Source: Macrostomum lignano
Lineage: Eukaryota
Direction: 5' to 3'
DNA: 64,000 nt
Assembly: GCA_002269645.1 (NCBI GenBank)
Contig: NIVC01003660.1
Span: forward strand, 1-64,000
Below are positions 25,801 to 43,489 of this stretch, piece after piece. The notes below the pieces were generated by a model. It was not told the DNA's origin, did no database searches, and was given only the letters and a program-made list of their open reading frames with translations. A program made the position numbers and the translations under genes. Position 1 is the first letter of the stretch. Each line of letters opens with the position of its first letter.

Positions 25801-27019
25801 CAGTCAGTGGAACCAGCCTATGCACTGTTATGCAGTCAGACTGGTGTTGCAGCATTATGAGATCATGAATGAATTAATTAATTTGTGTACGTACGTAACG
25901 TACATCGTTTTTTATAATTAAAGCTGCAGTTTTGCAAAAGACTTCGCTGTTTGAATGTTTGAATAGAAATCACAAGGTTAAACAAAACGTTTTTAGTTAG
26001 TTTATAATGCAACAAGTTAACAGTTTTAAGTTTTCATTTTAGTCTGTATATACTGCAAACAAATATGATTTTAACCAGTTAGAATTGCCTTGAAACTTGA
26101 CTGTAAGTGTACACATATAGATTTGATTTTTGTTAACGATAATTAAAAATTTTACTCACTGGGATCAGCAATGGACCTACTTAATGGACCAACGGTTCCA
26201 ACTGTTCAGTTCAATATGACACCAGCCAAGATTTTATTCACCAAATTCTTGGTCATAATGACGCAAAAAAGTAAATTTTGTACAATCGCATGGCTGGCAT
26301 AGCTATATTATATACACTTCAGACATAAGCATAGTGCTGCATTACAGACATGACATATTGACTTGATTTTCATTATTATAATATTAGAGACATCAGTCAA
26401 ATGTTGCTTTAGCTACTTCATAACCCTACGAATCTACGATGGCAGTGTGTATCAAAATTTAATCTAGGGCTCTTATTGTATATCTATCTAGTAATGTTTT
26501 TTCTGTAGCTTTAATCTTTACATCAGAACCTTAGCTTAGCTTTTTATTTTGTTTGCTCTATTTCAAAAGTTGTGATTTTTTATTCGTTTTGGCTTTCTAT
26601 CTGATCGAACTGACTTTAGACCTAGGCCTACTGCCTTTATTTTTAGATTATTATAACTTTTAATTCATGAATAGACTAATAATATTAAATAATCATCAAT
26701 ACCCCTTACTAATAGACACTTAAAAACACTGTTAGTGATTAACTAGCAATCTACGCCCCCCGTTGGGGAGCCAAAGAAATGCAATACACGTATTTTTAAC
26801 AAGCTACATGTAGCCTTGAAATTTTAAAAAATCTCCTGTCAAAATTCTAACCCTAACCAAAACCCTAAATTCAATATTTTGTCCATGAGTTTTTGCATGA
26901 TCGATGCTTCTATGATTTTTGGCATGACGCTTCCATTGTTTTTGCATGACGCTTCCATTATTTTTGCATGATGCTCCCATGATAAACATTTTTAATAAGC
27001 TAAATGAGCCAAGTTATAA

Positions 27020-27430
27020 GCTACCCTAACCCTAACCCTAACCCGAATCTTAACGCAATAACCCTGAACCTAACCCTAAACCTAAACCCTAATACCAACC
27101 CTAACACTAACCCTACAGCCTGACATCTGCATAAGTTTGTGAAGAGCTAGTAGTATTTTTTAGCTTAGTATCTTAGCGTTAGGGAGCCAAAAATACAATA
27201 CAAGTTTTGTAATAAACTACATGTAGCATCTCTTTGCAATATACCTCAGAAGTCACTTGTAAGCCTTGAAATGTCAGTAATTCCCCCCACAAGCTTTAAC
27301 AAATCAACTCCCCCCTTGACATCTCAGCGATGCCCCAAATAAGCCTTGAAGTCTAAAAAATCTGTCAACCTTCTAACCCTAACCCTAGCCTAACCCTAAC
27401 CCTAACCCTAACCCTAACCTAACCCTAAAG
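27020..27430. repeat. Interstitial telomere-like (CCCTAA)n tracts
   Basis: Degenerate tracts at ~27025-27120 and 27372-27428, with a weaker one near 27800-27840. Confidence 0.8.
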
Positions 27431-28269
27431 CATTGAAATTTCAGTAATTCTGAGTCATTATAGCACTACTACAGCGTTATAGCGATTCCCTGCAAGCCTC
27501 GACATCGTAGGGATTCCCAAATGAATCTCTTCGCTTCGACATGAAGCTTCTTTTATTTTTTACATTATGCTTTTTCTATCAGTGAGCCCTGAGGAGCCAA
27601 CAAAAAAATGTAATAAAAAGTTTTCATTAAACTACATGTAGCTTCTGACTTTAGTCTTGAAATCTCATTTATACCCCGTGAGCCTTGACATCTCAGCTAT
27701 TCCCCCGTAAGCCTTGACATGTCAGCGATGCCCCCATAAATCTTGAAATCTAAAAAAATCCCCTGTTAACCTTGAAACCCGATAAAAAAAACCCTCAACC
27801 CACACCTGACCTAAACCTAACTTTAACCCAACCTAAAGCCTTGAAATCTCAGCAATTCTTCTCCCCTAAGCCTTGGCATTTTAGTGTTTCCTTCTTTAAG
27901 AATCACCAGCACTATAACGATTTCCACCAAGCTTTGACATTGTAGCAATTCCCAAATGAATCTTTTAACTTCGACATGACTTTTCTTATATGTATACATA
28001 GTGCTACTTTTATTTTTTACATGACTCTGCTTCTATCAGCGCCCCCCTGTGGCGAGCCAACAATGAATGTAATAAAAATTGAGTAAAGTACATGAACTTT
28101 GAAGTAGCTTCTGACTTTTGCTTTGACATCTCAGAAACCCCCCCCACCTGTAATCTCAGTTATTCTCTGTGAGCCTTGACGTCTCAGTAATTCTCCCCAG
28201 CACAGCACTGTACTATAGCTTCATTTAATTTTTATATGACACCTTTCATGTCTGACATGGCGCTTCTTT

Positions 28270-31215
28270 TGATTTTTACATGACGCTTCTTTTATTCTTC
28301 CATTATTCTTCTTAATTTTTTAAATGACACTTTCATTAGTTTTTATATGAGGCTTCTATGATTGTTTCCATGACGCTTCTATGATTTTACCATGACGCTT
28401 CTATTATTGTTTGCATGACGCTTCTATGATTTTTACATGACGCAACTATGATTTTTTAAATGACGCTTTTATGATTTTTTACATGACGCTTTTATGATTT
28501 TTTACATGACGCTTCTATGCTTGTTTACATGACGCTTCTATGCTTGTTTACATGACGCTTCTATGATTTTTACATGATGCTTCTATGATTGTTTACATGA
28601 CTCTTCTATGATTGTTTACATGACTCTTCTATGATTGTTTACATGACGCTTCTATGATTGTTTACATGACGCTTCTATGCTTGTTTACATGACGCTTCTA
28701 TGGTTTTTTTATGACGCTTCTATGATTGTTTACATGACGCTTCTATGGTTTTTTTTATGACGCTTCTATGATTGTTTACATGACGCTTCTATGATTGTTT
28801 ACATGACGCTTCTTTGACTTTTACATGACGCTTCTATGCTTGTTTACATGACGCTTCTATGATTTTTACATGACGCTTCTATGATTTTTTACATGACGCT
28901 TCTATGATTTTTACATGACGCTTCTATGACTTTTTCATGACGCTTCTATGATTTTTACGCTTCTATGATTTTTTCATGACGCTTCTATGATTTTTGCATG
29001 ACGCTTCCATGATTTTTTACATGACGCTTCTATGATTTTTTCATGTCACTTCGATGATTTTTTATGACGCTTCTATGATTTTTATGACGCTATTTTGACT
29101 TTTACATGACGCTTCTACGATTGTTTACATGACGCTTCTATGATTTTTTAAATGACGCTACTATGATTGTTTGCATGACGCTTCTATGATTTTTACATGA
29201 CGCTACTATGATTGTTTGCATGACGCTTCTATGATTTTTAATGACGCTACTATGATTGTTTACATGACGGTTCTATGATTTTTACATGACGCTTCTATGA
29301 TTTTTTCATGACGCTTCTATGATTTTTGCATGACGCTTCTATGATTATTACATGACGCTTTTATTATTTTTTCATGACGCTTCCATGAATTTTTCATGAC
29401 GCTTCTATGATTTTTTTGACGCTTTTTTGACTTTAACATGACGCTTCTATGATTGTTTGCATGACGCTTATATGATTGTTTACATGACGCTTCTATGATT
29501 TTTTCATGACGCTTCTATGATTTTTACATGACGCTTCTATGATTGTTTGCATGACGCTTCTATGATTGTTTACATGACGCTTCTATGATTGTTTACATGA
29601 CGCTTCTATGATTTTTTATGACGCTTCTATGATTTTTCATGACGCTATTTTGACTTTTACATGACGCTTCTATGATTGTTTACATGACGCTTCTATGATT
29701 GTTTACATGACGCTTCTATGATTGTTTACATAACGCTTCTATGATTGTTTACATGACGCTTCTATGATTTTTTATGACGCTTCTATGATTTTTCATGACG
29801 CTATTTTGACTTTTACATGACGCTTCTATGATTGTTTACATGACGCTTCTATGATTGTTTACATGACGCTTCTATGATTTTTACATGACGCTTCTATGCT
29901 TGTTTACATGACGCTTCTATGGTTTTTTATGACGCTTCTATGATTGTTTACATGACGCTTCTATGATTTTTTACATGACGCTTCTATGATTGTTTACATG
30001 ACGCTTCTATGATTTTTTACATGACGCTTTTATGCTTTTTTACATGACGCTTCTATGATTTTTTCATGACGCTTCTATGATTGTTTACATGACGCTTCTA
30101 TGATTGTTTACATGACGCTTCTATGATTTTTTACATGACGCTTCTATGATTTTTACATGACGCTTCTATGATTTTTTCATGACGCTTCTATGATTTTTGC
30201 ATGACGCTTCCATGATTTTTTACATGACGCTTCTTTGATTTTTTCATGTCACTTCGATGATTTTTTATGACGCTTCTATGATTTTTATGACGCTATTTTG
30301 ACTTTTACATGACGCTTCTATGATTGTTTACATGACGCTTCTATGATTTTTTAAATGACGCTACTATGATTGTTTGCATGACGCTTCTATGATTTTTACA
30401 TGACGCTACTATGATTGTTTGCATGACGCTTCTATGATTTTTATTGACGCTACTATGATTGTTTACATGACGGTTCTATGATTTTTACATGACGCTTCTA
30501 TGATTTTTTCATGACGCTTCTATGATTTTTGCATGACGCTTCTATGATTATTACATGACGCTTTTATTATTTTTTCATGACGCTTCCATGATTTTTTATG
30601 ACGCTTCTATGATTTTTCATGACGCTATTTTGACTTTTTCATGACGCTTCTATGATTGTTTGCATGACGCTTATATGATTGTTTACATGACGCTTCTATG
30701 ATTTTTTCATGACGCTTCTATGATTTTTACATGACGCTTCTATGATTGTTTGCATGACGCTTCTATGATTGTTTACATGACGCTTCTATGATTTTTTCAT
30801 GACGCTTCTATGATTTTTTACATGACGCTTCTATGATTGTTTACATGACGCTTCTATGATTTTTTACATTACACTTCCATGATTTTTATATAACGCTTTT
30901 ACGATTTTTACATGGCGATTCTATGATTGTTTACATGACGCTTCTATGATTTTTTACATGACGCTTCTATGATTTTTTCATGACGCTTCTATGATTTTTT
31001 ACATGACGCTTCTATGATTGTTTACATGACGCTTCTATGATTTTTTATGACGCTTCTATGATTTTTTATGACGCTATTTTGACTTTTACATGACGCTTCT
31101 ATGATTGTTTACATTACGCTTCTATGATTTTTATATAACGCTTTTACGATTTTTTACATGGCGCTTCTATGATTGTTTACATGACACTTCTATGATTTTT
31201 TACATGACGCTTCTT
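28270..31215. repeat. 22-23-bp satellite (CATGACGCTTCTATGATT[G/T]TTTA), ~2.9 kb
   Basis: Well over 100 tandem copies, with an internal higher-order duplication at a 1203-bp offset. Confidence 0.97.
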
Positions 31216-31979
31216 TTTAAAAAGTCTTTTAGTTTTCCTGACGTTGAAAAGCTTTAATTAAAAAAATTATACTCTATGAAAATTCGAACCATCGTCGCTG
31301 CATTTGGCAGTTCAGTTTGTTCACCTCTAGGCTAGCTCTCATCGTTTTGATAACATCAAATTTTGCACTTATATAATTCAACACTTTAAAATCCAAGCAT
31401 AGAGTAAATCACACGAAGCAGTTATGACATAATCAGTTTCTCAGTCAGTCAGTATCAGTTAACAATATGGTTACGCAATTTAAATCAAGTCTGGTGCTAC
31501 GCTTCCACACTGCATTTTCAATTCAAGTCGGAGTTACAATTCAGTGATTATGCAATCTATTTCAGAATCAGAATTCAACCAGTCAGTTTTTTCTCTAGCA
31601 TTCTTACAATGCATTTCAAGTCGAAAAGTTTGCTTGACCTTTGCAAAAAAGCATGTTTTTCGAATATTTAATCACTTTAACATGGAGCAATTTCTTAGCC
31701 AAGATGCATGTACCGTCACGGGAAAATTTCTGATCGAACAGTGCAAGTCTCATGAAAATCGGTCCAGCCATTTTTTCTCTAATCGATCACATAGACACAG
31801 ACAGACCATTTTTAGTATATACGAGTGGAACTCCTCCTTCGGAGGAGAAAGGGGAAGAACTCCCATCACCGGAATTCTATTCCCTGTAATATCCATCAAC
31901 TGAAATTCCATGTCTTTAACCCTATCTTCCAAATCGTCTCCAAATTTTTTACAAAATCTTTCAAAGACCATAGCTCAAA

Positions 31980-32690
31980 GACTCTCAAGTCTCTCGTATC
32001 TCCTCTCTCCTCTCTCTCATCTCATTTCTACCCCTGCTCCCTTATTTATCTCTTCTCCCTCGTCTTTCGTCTGTACCTTCTCCTGTCTTCTGTCTCCTCT
32101 CTTCACTCTTATCTCTCCCTCTTCTCTCCTCTCTCATATGTCATCTCTACTCACTTATCTATCGTCTCTCTTAACCCTCTCTCTCTCTTCTCTTTTCTCT
32201 TCTCTCTGCTCTCATTTCTCATATTTCATATACGCTCTGACACTACTTTCTTGTCTCCCATCTTTCTTCCTCCTTTTCACTATCCCCTGTCTCTTCTCTT
32301 CTCTCTTTTCTATTCTCTCCATTCTCTCTTTTCTCCTTTCCTTGCTCCTTTTATCTCTCTCCTCTCTCCTCACTCTCTTCTCCTTTCGCTTCTCTCTCCT
32401 CTCTCTCCTCTCATCTTTACTACCTTATTTATATCTTCTCCCTAGTCTTTCGTCTGTACTCTCTCCTGTCTCCTCTCTCCCCTCCTCTCTCATCCCTCAT
32501 CTCCTCATCTCACTCTTTCTTTCTCCTCTACTCTCCCCTCTCTTCTATTGCCTCTGTACGCTCTTATCCCTCATCTATTCTCTCTCCTATCATCTCCAAT
32601 CTGTCATGTCTAATCTCTCCACTCAATTATACTCTGTTTTCTATCATCTCTTCTCTCTTCTCTTTTCAGTCTTCTCTTTACTCTCTTCTC
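31980..32690. repeat. CT-rich low-complexity tract
   Basis: Pyrimidine-rich and without stable periodicity. It produces spurious Leu/Ser ORFs. Confidence 0.85.
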
Positions 32691-32719
32691 TGACTGATTG
32701 AAGATGCCAAATCCATCAA

Positions 32720-33010
32720 GATCCTCTCCGCGAAGCAAAAATCCTGTCTGTGCAACTAAAAACCATCGAAATCCTCTCAGTGAAACTGGACTCCTTCGAA
32801 ATCCTCTCCTTGAAACCTGAATCCATCAAAATTGTTTCCATAAAACAGAAATCAATCATAAATTATCTCAGCGAAACAGAAAGCCTCTCCGTGAAGCTGA
32901 ACATGATCGAAATCCTCTCCGTGAAACTGAACACCATGGAAATCCTTTCGTGAAACTGAACATCATCGAAATCCTCTCCACGAAACAGAAATCTTCTCCG
33001 TCAGAATTTA
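32720..33010. repeat. Degenerate ~30-bp tandem repeat (ATCGAAATCCTCTCCGTGAAACTGAAC..)
   Basis: About 8-9 diverged copies. Confidence 0.7.
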
Positions 33011-33085
33011 AACATTGAAATCGTCTCTGCTAAACTTGACTTAATCGAATTTTTTCCGTCAAACAACTCAACTCGCCAGATTCAT

Positions 33086-33118
33086 TAGGGTTAGGGTTAG
33101 GGTTAGGGTTAGGGTTAG
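33086..33118 (+). repeat. (TTAGGG)5 telomere-like repeat
   Basis: Seen directly; opposite orientation to the CCCTAA tracts at ~27 kb. Confidence 0.9.
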
Positions 33119-34443
33119 AACTACGCACAGCTTCGTGTTAAAAGGCACAGATAAAAATATTGAACTAATTGAATCAATTCATTGCGCAACCGATTTCACA
33201 GTCAGTCAGTATCAGCCTCAGGTAAAGTTAACAAAAACATTGCGCAATCTAAATCAACCCTCCAATACACAGCAGCAGTGAGAAGTTGAACCCTTCCCCC
33301 AACAATCTTTGCAGATTAAAGTACAATCTTTGCAGAAAGTTAAAAGTATGGAAATAGTTTTTCAAATGCTGTGCTTTTTCTTTTCATATTTAAAGCAAAC
33401 AACTTATATCCCCGAACTCAGCGTTGCAAGATCTTTCCAGCAATATAAGTCTCTTCTCTCAAAGTTTAAAACTCGAGGAACAGTTAGCGTTTGAAACTGT
33501 CTGATTTATAGCATTGAAGTATCGAGTGTACGTTCACTGCCTGCTTGCAAGATGATGCATTGAATTTCAATGTCCAACAAATACACAGGACTGCCCATTG
33601 AAAGGCAGGAAAACTTATCAGTAGCCATATCATTGCGCAATTATCTATAAAGTCAGCCAGTGAGCTAGGGTTGACAAATTGAAATCAAGAAATTTTCTAT
33701 GACAAATTGCTCTGATGCAGTTGAGATTTCGGAACAGAAAATTATACCATTCTGTTCAGTTTTTCAAACTCTTTCCAACGGTGTGATTCACTTTTCTGTA
33801 GCTTGAAAATTAAAAGCAGAAATTAAGGTGCAAGTTTTCCCGTTTCTTACTTGCAGAGCGCAATGTACACTCTGTGATGAGTTAAAAAATCAAGCCATCC
33901 ATTCTCGCGCAGTGTGCACCTCCACCCCTTTTTAACACTGAGCAAGTAGGCCGCCAATTCTTAAGTGCCGGCGACCCTCCCCCAGCTGAAATGAAATACA
34001 CTGCAGAGATAGGAGAAAAGTTGTGGCGCAACCATACAAAATAGCGTCAAGTGGGAAGTCCATGGAATGCGATATATAGACATCTGGTCTGGCTGTCTGG
34101 TTTGTGCTGTTTTCTGCTTTTTTGAAGCACTTAAAATTGAAATTTGAAAATGAATTTTAAATTGTAGCATCGTCGGGACATTTGACATGTTTTGGTACCG
34201 GTTTGAAAGTTGAGTTGCAAGAATCCTAGGAGGAGATCGTCGACAAACCCGGCCCACCGGCCCACCCTACCACCGGACCACGACGTCAGCTTTAGTATAT
34301 AGAGGAGAAGGAGATGATTGAAATTTTAAAGTTTAAATTCTAAAAACTTCATCTTTTATGATCTAAAGGTTAAAAATTTATTATCAAATACTTTGAGAAG
34401 TACTTTGAGAAATAGCCTAACCCAATTAATTTTTGTTGCAGTA

Positions 34444-35106
34444 ATGTTGCCATATGGCCACAGCAGTGCCAACACTTCCCAATGGCAAAAAGAGGCACCA
34501 AAGAGGCAACCAGCGCATGTATCATTCTATGCCTGGTTTCTACAGCCTAGCTCAGCCAGTCAACTAGTCCAACTCGCCCAGGCATTTGTTAATAGTGTTG
34601 CACTGACAACTGGATTAGATAGAAATGCTAACCTCACTCCAAGCTCTAGCACTTTGCTTCATATCACCGCTAAATATTGTGGCAAATGTGGTGCCCAAAG
34701 CTACACAGAGCGCTCAGAAGTGGCGGCTTCTATTGGCCGGTCATTTGACATCCGCCTGACTGGCTTGCTGCTGCGCCCCGGCTCCAGCCTGGTTGCCAGG
34801 GCGGAGCTCTCGCCCAGCCAGCTGGCTCTGTGGGACAACGAGCCTACAAAAAGTGAAATGCCATCTGGAAAATCGTTGCCACGCGGCTCGCGAGCCCACG
34901 TCACCTTGGCAACGGCACCAGGCGTTCGACCGTCTCAGGCCGGCTTCGATCTGCTCGATGCACTCGCCATCCTGCAGTCTTCGTCCTCGGCGTCGCCTTC
35001 AAGCGTCCCTGGCGGCGGCCACATCAGTTGGCTCAGTGGCGGGCGAGTCTACCTGACCCTGGCCAAGCCGCTTACTGTTGCAGCTGTGTTCGATGCGCAC
35101 TCGTGA
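34444..35106 (+). CDS. CNP: 2',3'-cyclic-nucleotide 3'-phosphodiesterase-like 2H phosphoesterase (catalytic domain only, ~220 aa)
   Basis: Two HxT motifs (LLHITAKYC, RAHVTLA), plus FYAWFL, ARAELSPSQLALW, LPRGSRAH and GFDLLD segments collinear with the vertebrate CNPase PDE domain. A splice acceptor (ttgttgcag) lies 2 nt before the ATG. Confidence 0.85.
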   Translation: MLPYGHSSANTSQWQKEAPKRQPAHVSFYAWFLQPSSASQLVQLAQAFVNSVALTTGLDRNANLTPSSSTLLHITAKYCGKCGAQSYTERSEVAASIGRSFDIRLTGLLLRPGSSLVARAELSPSQLALWDNEPTKSEMPSGKSLPRGSRAHVTLATAPGVRPSQAGFDLLDALAILQSSSSASPSSVPGGGHISWLSGGRVYLTLAKPLTVAAVFDAHS

Positions 35107-35126
35107 CCTTTTTTGTATACACTGGG

Positions 35127-36356
35127 CCAAGGAATTCTAAATCTAGCTACTGGAATGACAACTGAAATATCAGCTATACAAGATGAGGCCAAGATTAGAG
35201 ATCGCAAGCGTGCGACCTAAACACACAGAGCATTCAAAAAGAAGGATCGTATTTCAAAGTTCTGAAACAATAACAAAATCAGAGGAATGAAACGCGACAT
35301 AAGAAGACGTTGAAATTATATCAATTTCTAAATGTAACACAAGTAGGCACAGGAGTATGTCAAGCAAGCAGAGCAAGAATAAATGGCTTATAAACTGTAT
35401 TGAGAAACTTTACAAAGAGCAAACAAAAAGAAACGAAAACTGTAAGCACAATTCAGAAATGTCTGGCAAGTAAAGAAAGAATACAGCAATAAAACTAAAT
35501 GAATCTCACTTTTGCCAGGCCAGTTACACCAGTCTGGCTATGCGAAAAATTGTTAGTGGGCATCAAAATCAATGCTTCCCACCTGTGAGTTTGTCTCAGC
35601 TTGATTGATCTGCTTTGTTAGCATCTTGGACGTGCAATTGAAAAACCTGTTGATGATCTCGCGGACCAGATCATGGCCAGCGGTGCAGTGTGTCCTACCA
35701 AATAGAAAGTTACCATGATCTGGCAGCACGAGGTCCATCGCGAGATAAAATGTCTCCCTTTGATCGCGAAGCTCGTGGAGTTTTTGTGAAATATGATGGC
35801 ATGCTGGTCGTGCTGTATTGGGGGGGGGGACTGCAATCTCTCTTAATCTTCTTTTTACAAGATTGGCACCTTCTTCGTGTTGTTTCTTTTTCCGATACGC
35901 ATTTGCTGTCCCGATTCTCAGTAATAAAATCTGATTCCGTGAAGTGAAGAGAGCAAATTCGAGTGTGCTTCGATGGCTTGAAAGTTGCTTCTCGGGAAAT
36001 GCTCTTTAACCATTTTTCCAGCAGGTCGTCTCGATTCGGAAACTTGTGGAATGAAATCCTCGCTGACCGTGCCGTTGCCGACTCGCTGCCGGACTTGCGG
36101 CCAAAAACGGCGCATTTATTTGGCATGCAGAGGACGCAGAGACTTGGCTTCAGGAAAGTCACTCTGGCATATTAGTGCTTACAGGCTAAGACAAAATAAG
36201 GCGAGCGAAGCTTCGAATTCTTCTTAGTGGCAATCTAAGTTGATGCGGCAAACAAATCCTATGTCTGTGGCAATCGCAGTAAGCCTCATCTTGTATAAAA
36301 AAGTCCTCACCGCTATTTCAGTTGTCATTCCAGTTGCTGGATTTAGAATTCCTTGG
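35127..36356 (-). mobile_element. Internally deleted THAP-domain DNA transposon (P-element/Galileo-like) with terminal inverted repeats
   Basis: 42-bp inverted repeats at 35127-35168 and 36315-36356 (2 mismatches), plus a further TATACAAGATGAGGC inverted match inside. The interior encodes a THAP domain (MPNKCAVFG[R]...FHKFP...W...P...RICSLHF...AVP in a shifted frame) and a short possible transposase C-terminal fragment (35553-35738). Confidence 0.75.
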
Positions 36357-37134
36357 TGTAGCCCATGGATCTCCTTCATCCATGGTGAAGCCTCCCCTCG
36401 CAAGTAACAGAGCGTTGACTACGGACTGTCTATGGTTATTCAGGTAGAGTGATCCAGCAGAATGGTTCAAAAGTTGACAGCGGCGGAGAGATGGCGAGAG
36501 AATGTTGAGAAAATTAACTTAATTAAGAGAAAACTCTCTAATTTGAGTTTGATACCAAAACAGTCAGTGGGGCTCATGGCTCAAACGGGTTGTCAATAAA
36601 CTAGGGTAGGGGGTTGAGTTCAAGATTAGAAATAATACAGGGTTTAAAAATCTACTAAAACATTGTCACTATTACAAAAATTAAAAATTTCACCTTACTA
36701 CTACCAACGGCCATTGCGATTTTTTTGCTTTTTTGCTAAAAAAGCTGGGTGATTTCAAAATCTGCGCTTCTATATGAGTTTATAGAGTAAAACTTTTAGC
36801 TAGGCCTACTGTCAGTAGTATAAAACATGATTTTCGATTAGGCATATTTTTATCAGTGTTGAATTGCCTTGTGTAAAAATTTTCTTTGTTGGAGTTAAAG
36901 CTGTTTTGAATTCCATAATTCGATATTTTTGATAGTTCATTTGTTAAACTTTTTGATCATTCGATGTTTGTTTTGATTTTTATTACGACCTGCAATATGT
37001 ATCAAACTAATTCAGGTCTATATAGTATATTTAAATACACGTGTCATTTTTTATGGTGATTGGTGACTGAATAGAGTGCAGAATAATATTACAACACACT
37101 GGTCTTTCTTAAAGTTCTTACTCATTTTAACGAA

Positions 37135-37800
37135 TTTTTTAAAGCCAAGGCTCATTTATTGGCCCCACCCCCTCAGCTTAAACCCTCCAACCGCGCCTTT
37201 CCACACAAAACCTACCCCCGCCCCACCCCAATTTTATCGCCTTTCTCGGAATTCAAGCCTAAAGCTGCCATGTACATGCCAGTGGACTGGCTAATGTACA
37301 TTATTGCTGAACCAATTACGAGTAGCAAGTTGTTTACGCCTGAAAGCTTGGATTCTAAACTTATCAGACATTTCAGCTGCCTTTATTTTTAAAGATTAGC
37401 TGATACATTCATTCTTTGCTACTGAACTGAAAGTAGAAAGCTATTTTACTATGTATATATGCCTGAGTGGCCCATCCAGTTATTTTAGTCTGTGCTCTTA
37501 ACCCTAGCTTAAATCCTCCAACCACGCCACGCCTTTCTACACAAAACGTTTAGCCGCGCCTAGCCGTCTTCTAGTTCAGTGGCGCTGGCTATCGTACATT
37601 ACGGCTAAACCAATTAGCAAGTTGTTTACGCCTGCAAGCTTGGGCTTCTAAACTTACGAGTGTATCAAAGTCCAGCTGGCTTTATTTTCAAAAAATAGCT
37701 TATGTATTCTTTTTTGCTACTTAATTAAGAAGTAGAAAGCTGTTGTAACTGCGCATATGCGTAAGAGGCCATCTAGTTTGTTTCAGTATATGTGGTTTGG
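37135..37800 (+). mobile_element. Dispersed repeat, copies 2 and 3 (same family as 3955-4330)
   Basis: Direct sequence similarity to 3955-4330. A second, more degenerate copy follows in tandem. Confidence 0.8.
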
Positions 37801-38461
37801 GCTGGATGCAGGGATGCAGCCCAGCTATAAATCAGAGAAAAAACATTTGAATGAGAAGCTTATAACGATGGAGTAGAAAAAAAGCATATTTTTTGTTTCC
37901 AACTGTCCTTCGGAAGCTCGTCTCTCTCGCTAAATGAATGTACGAGTATGGCTACCGAGTTAAGAATTTTTTTCGAATCCGCTTTGGATACAGATGTTGG
38001 CATTGTGCGCAGGCAATGCCACGCAGGGCACTGAGGGTGTTCAATGAGCCGAGACGGAATGTACAAATTTTAAAAGAAAAATAGTGCATAAAAAACTAAT
38101 AAGTCTATGCTATCTTATAATAAAACGTTTTTGCGGCGATGGAGAGATTCTGCCCTTCAAGTCTGGCTTCAACAGGCGTCAGTCGCAGTTTCTGTTCAAA
38201 AATAGTTTCTGGCTTGAGCAGTTCAGCGGCCACAATACTTAGCTCGTAGTGGCGGCTTCAGTGAGAGAGAGACAGAGAGAAAGATGAAAAGCGAGTCTCC
38301 AGCAGCAGTTGCTTTTTGCGCATAATGAGTCTCTGTTCTCAGAAAGTAAAAAGGCAGCGCGTTTTGGCAAAATATAATTTTCTTTTCACACTGGCAAAAC
38401 TTGCCCCCGAGGTTTTCTCCGAGCGTCGGGGTTAGAGAGAAATCCACCTCTGTGCCACAGC

Positions 38462-43269
<4,808 letters not shown>

Positions 43270-43489
43270 ATCGCCCTAAATTATTTGCTTTTCTTAGTAG
43301 TTGATAGATCATACAATATAGTCCAAACATGAAAAAGGGTAGCTAACGAACTATTCGGCTTAAAGTTCATGCTACGGATATTAATTTTATTGTCAGTTTT
43401 TACTAAAAGGGGAACTTCTGGAAGTGTACTGTGGAAACTTCATTCCATCTCTTATGAGCCTCTGACTTCATGCCCAATCCTGACCTCCA

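Larger units (their letters stand above)
26741..31825 (+). mobile_element. Putative Helitron/Helentron-like non-autonomous composite element
   Basis: The left part holds ~400-450-bp degenerate units, each with a GGGAGCCAA...CTACATGTAGC motif and CCCTAA runs. The right end CATGAAAATCGGTCCAGCC...ACAGACAGAC...TAGTATATA resembles 3' ends of invertebrate rolling-circle non-autonomous elements. Boundaries are uncertain. Confidence 0.4.

Noticed and set aside
31825-32701. 206- and 263-aa Leu/Ser-rich 'membrane protein' ORFs
   Set aside because: They arise from a CT low-complexity tract that lacks stop codons for compositional reasons.
27020-33118. True telomere or chromosome-fusion site
   Set aside because: The tracts are short, degenerate and embedded in repeated units. 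The orientation (CCCTAA left, TTAGGG right, 6 kb apart) is not a head-to-head fusion junction.
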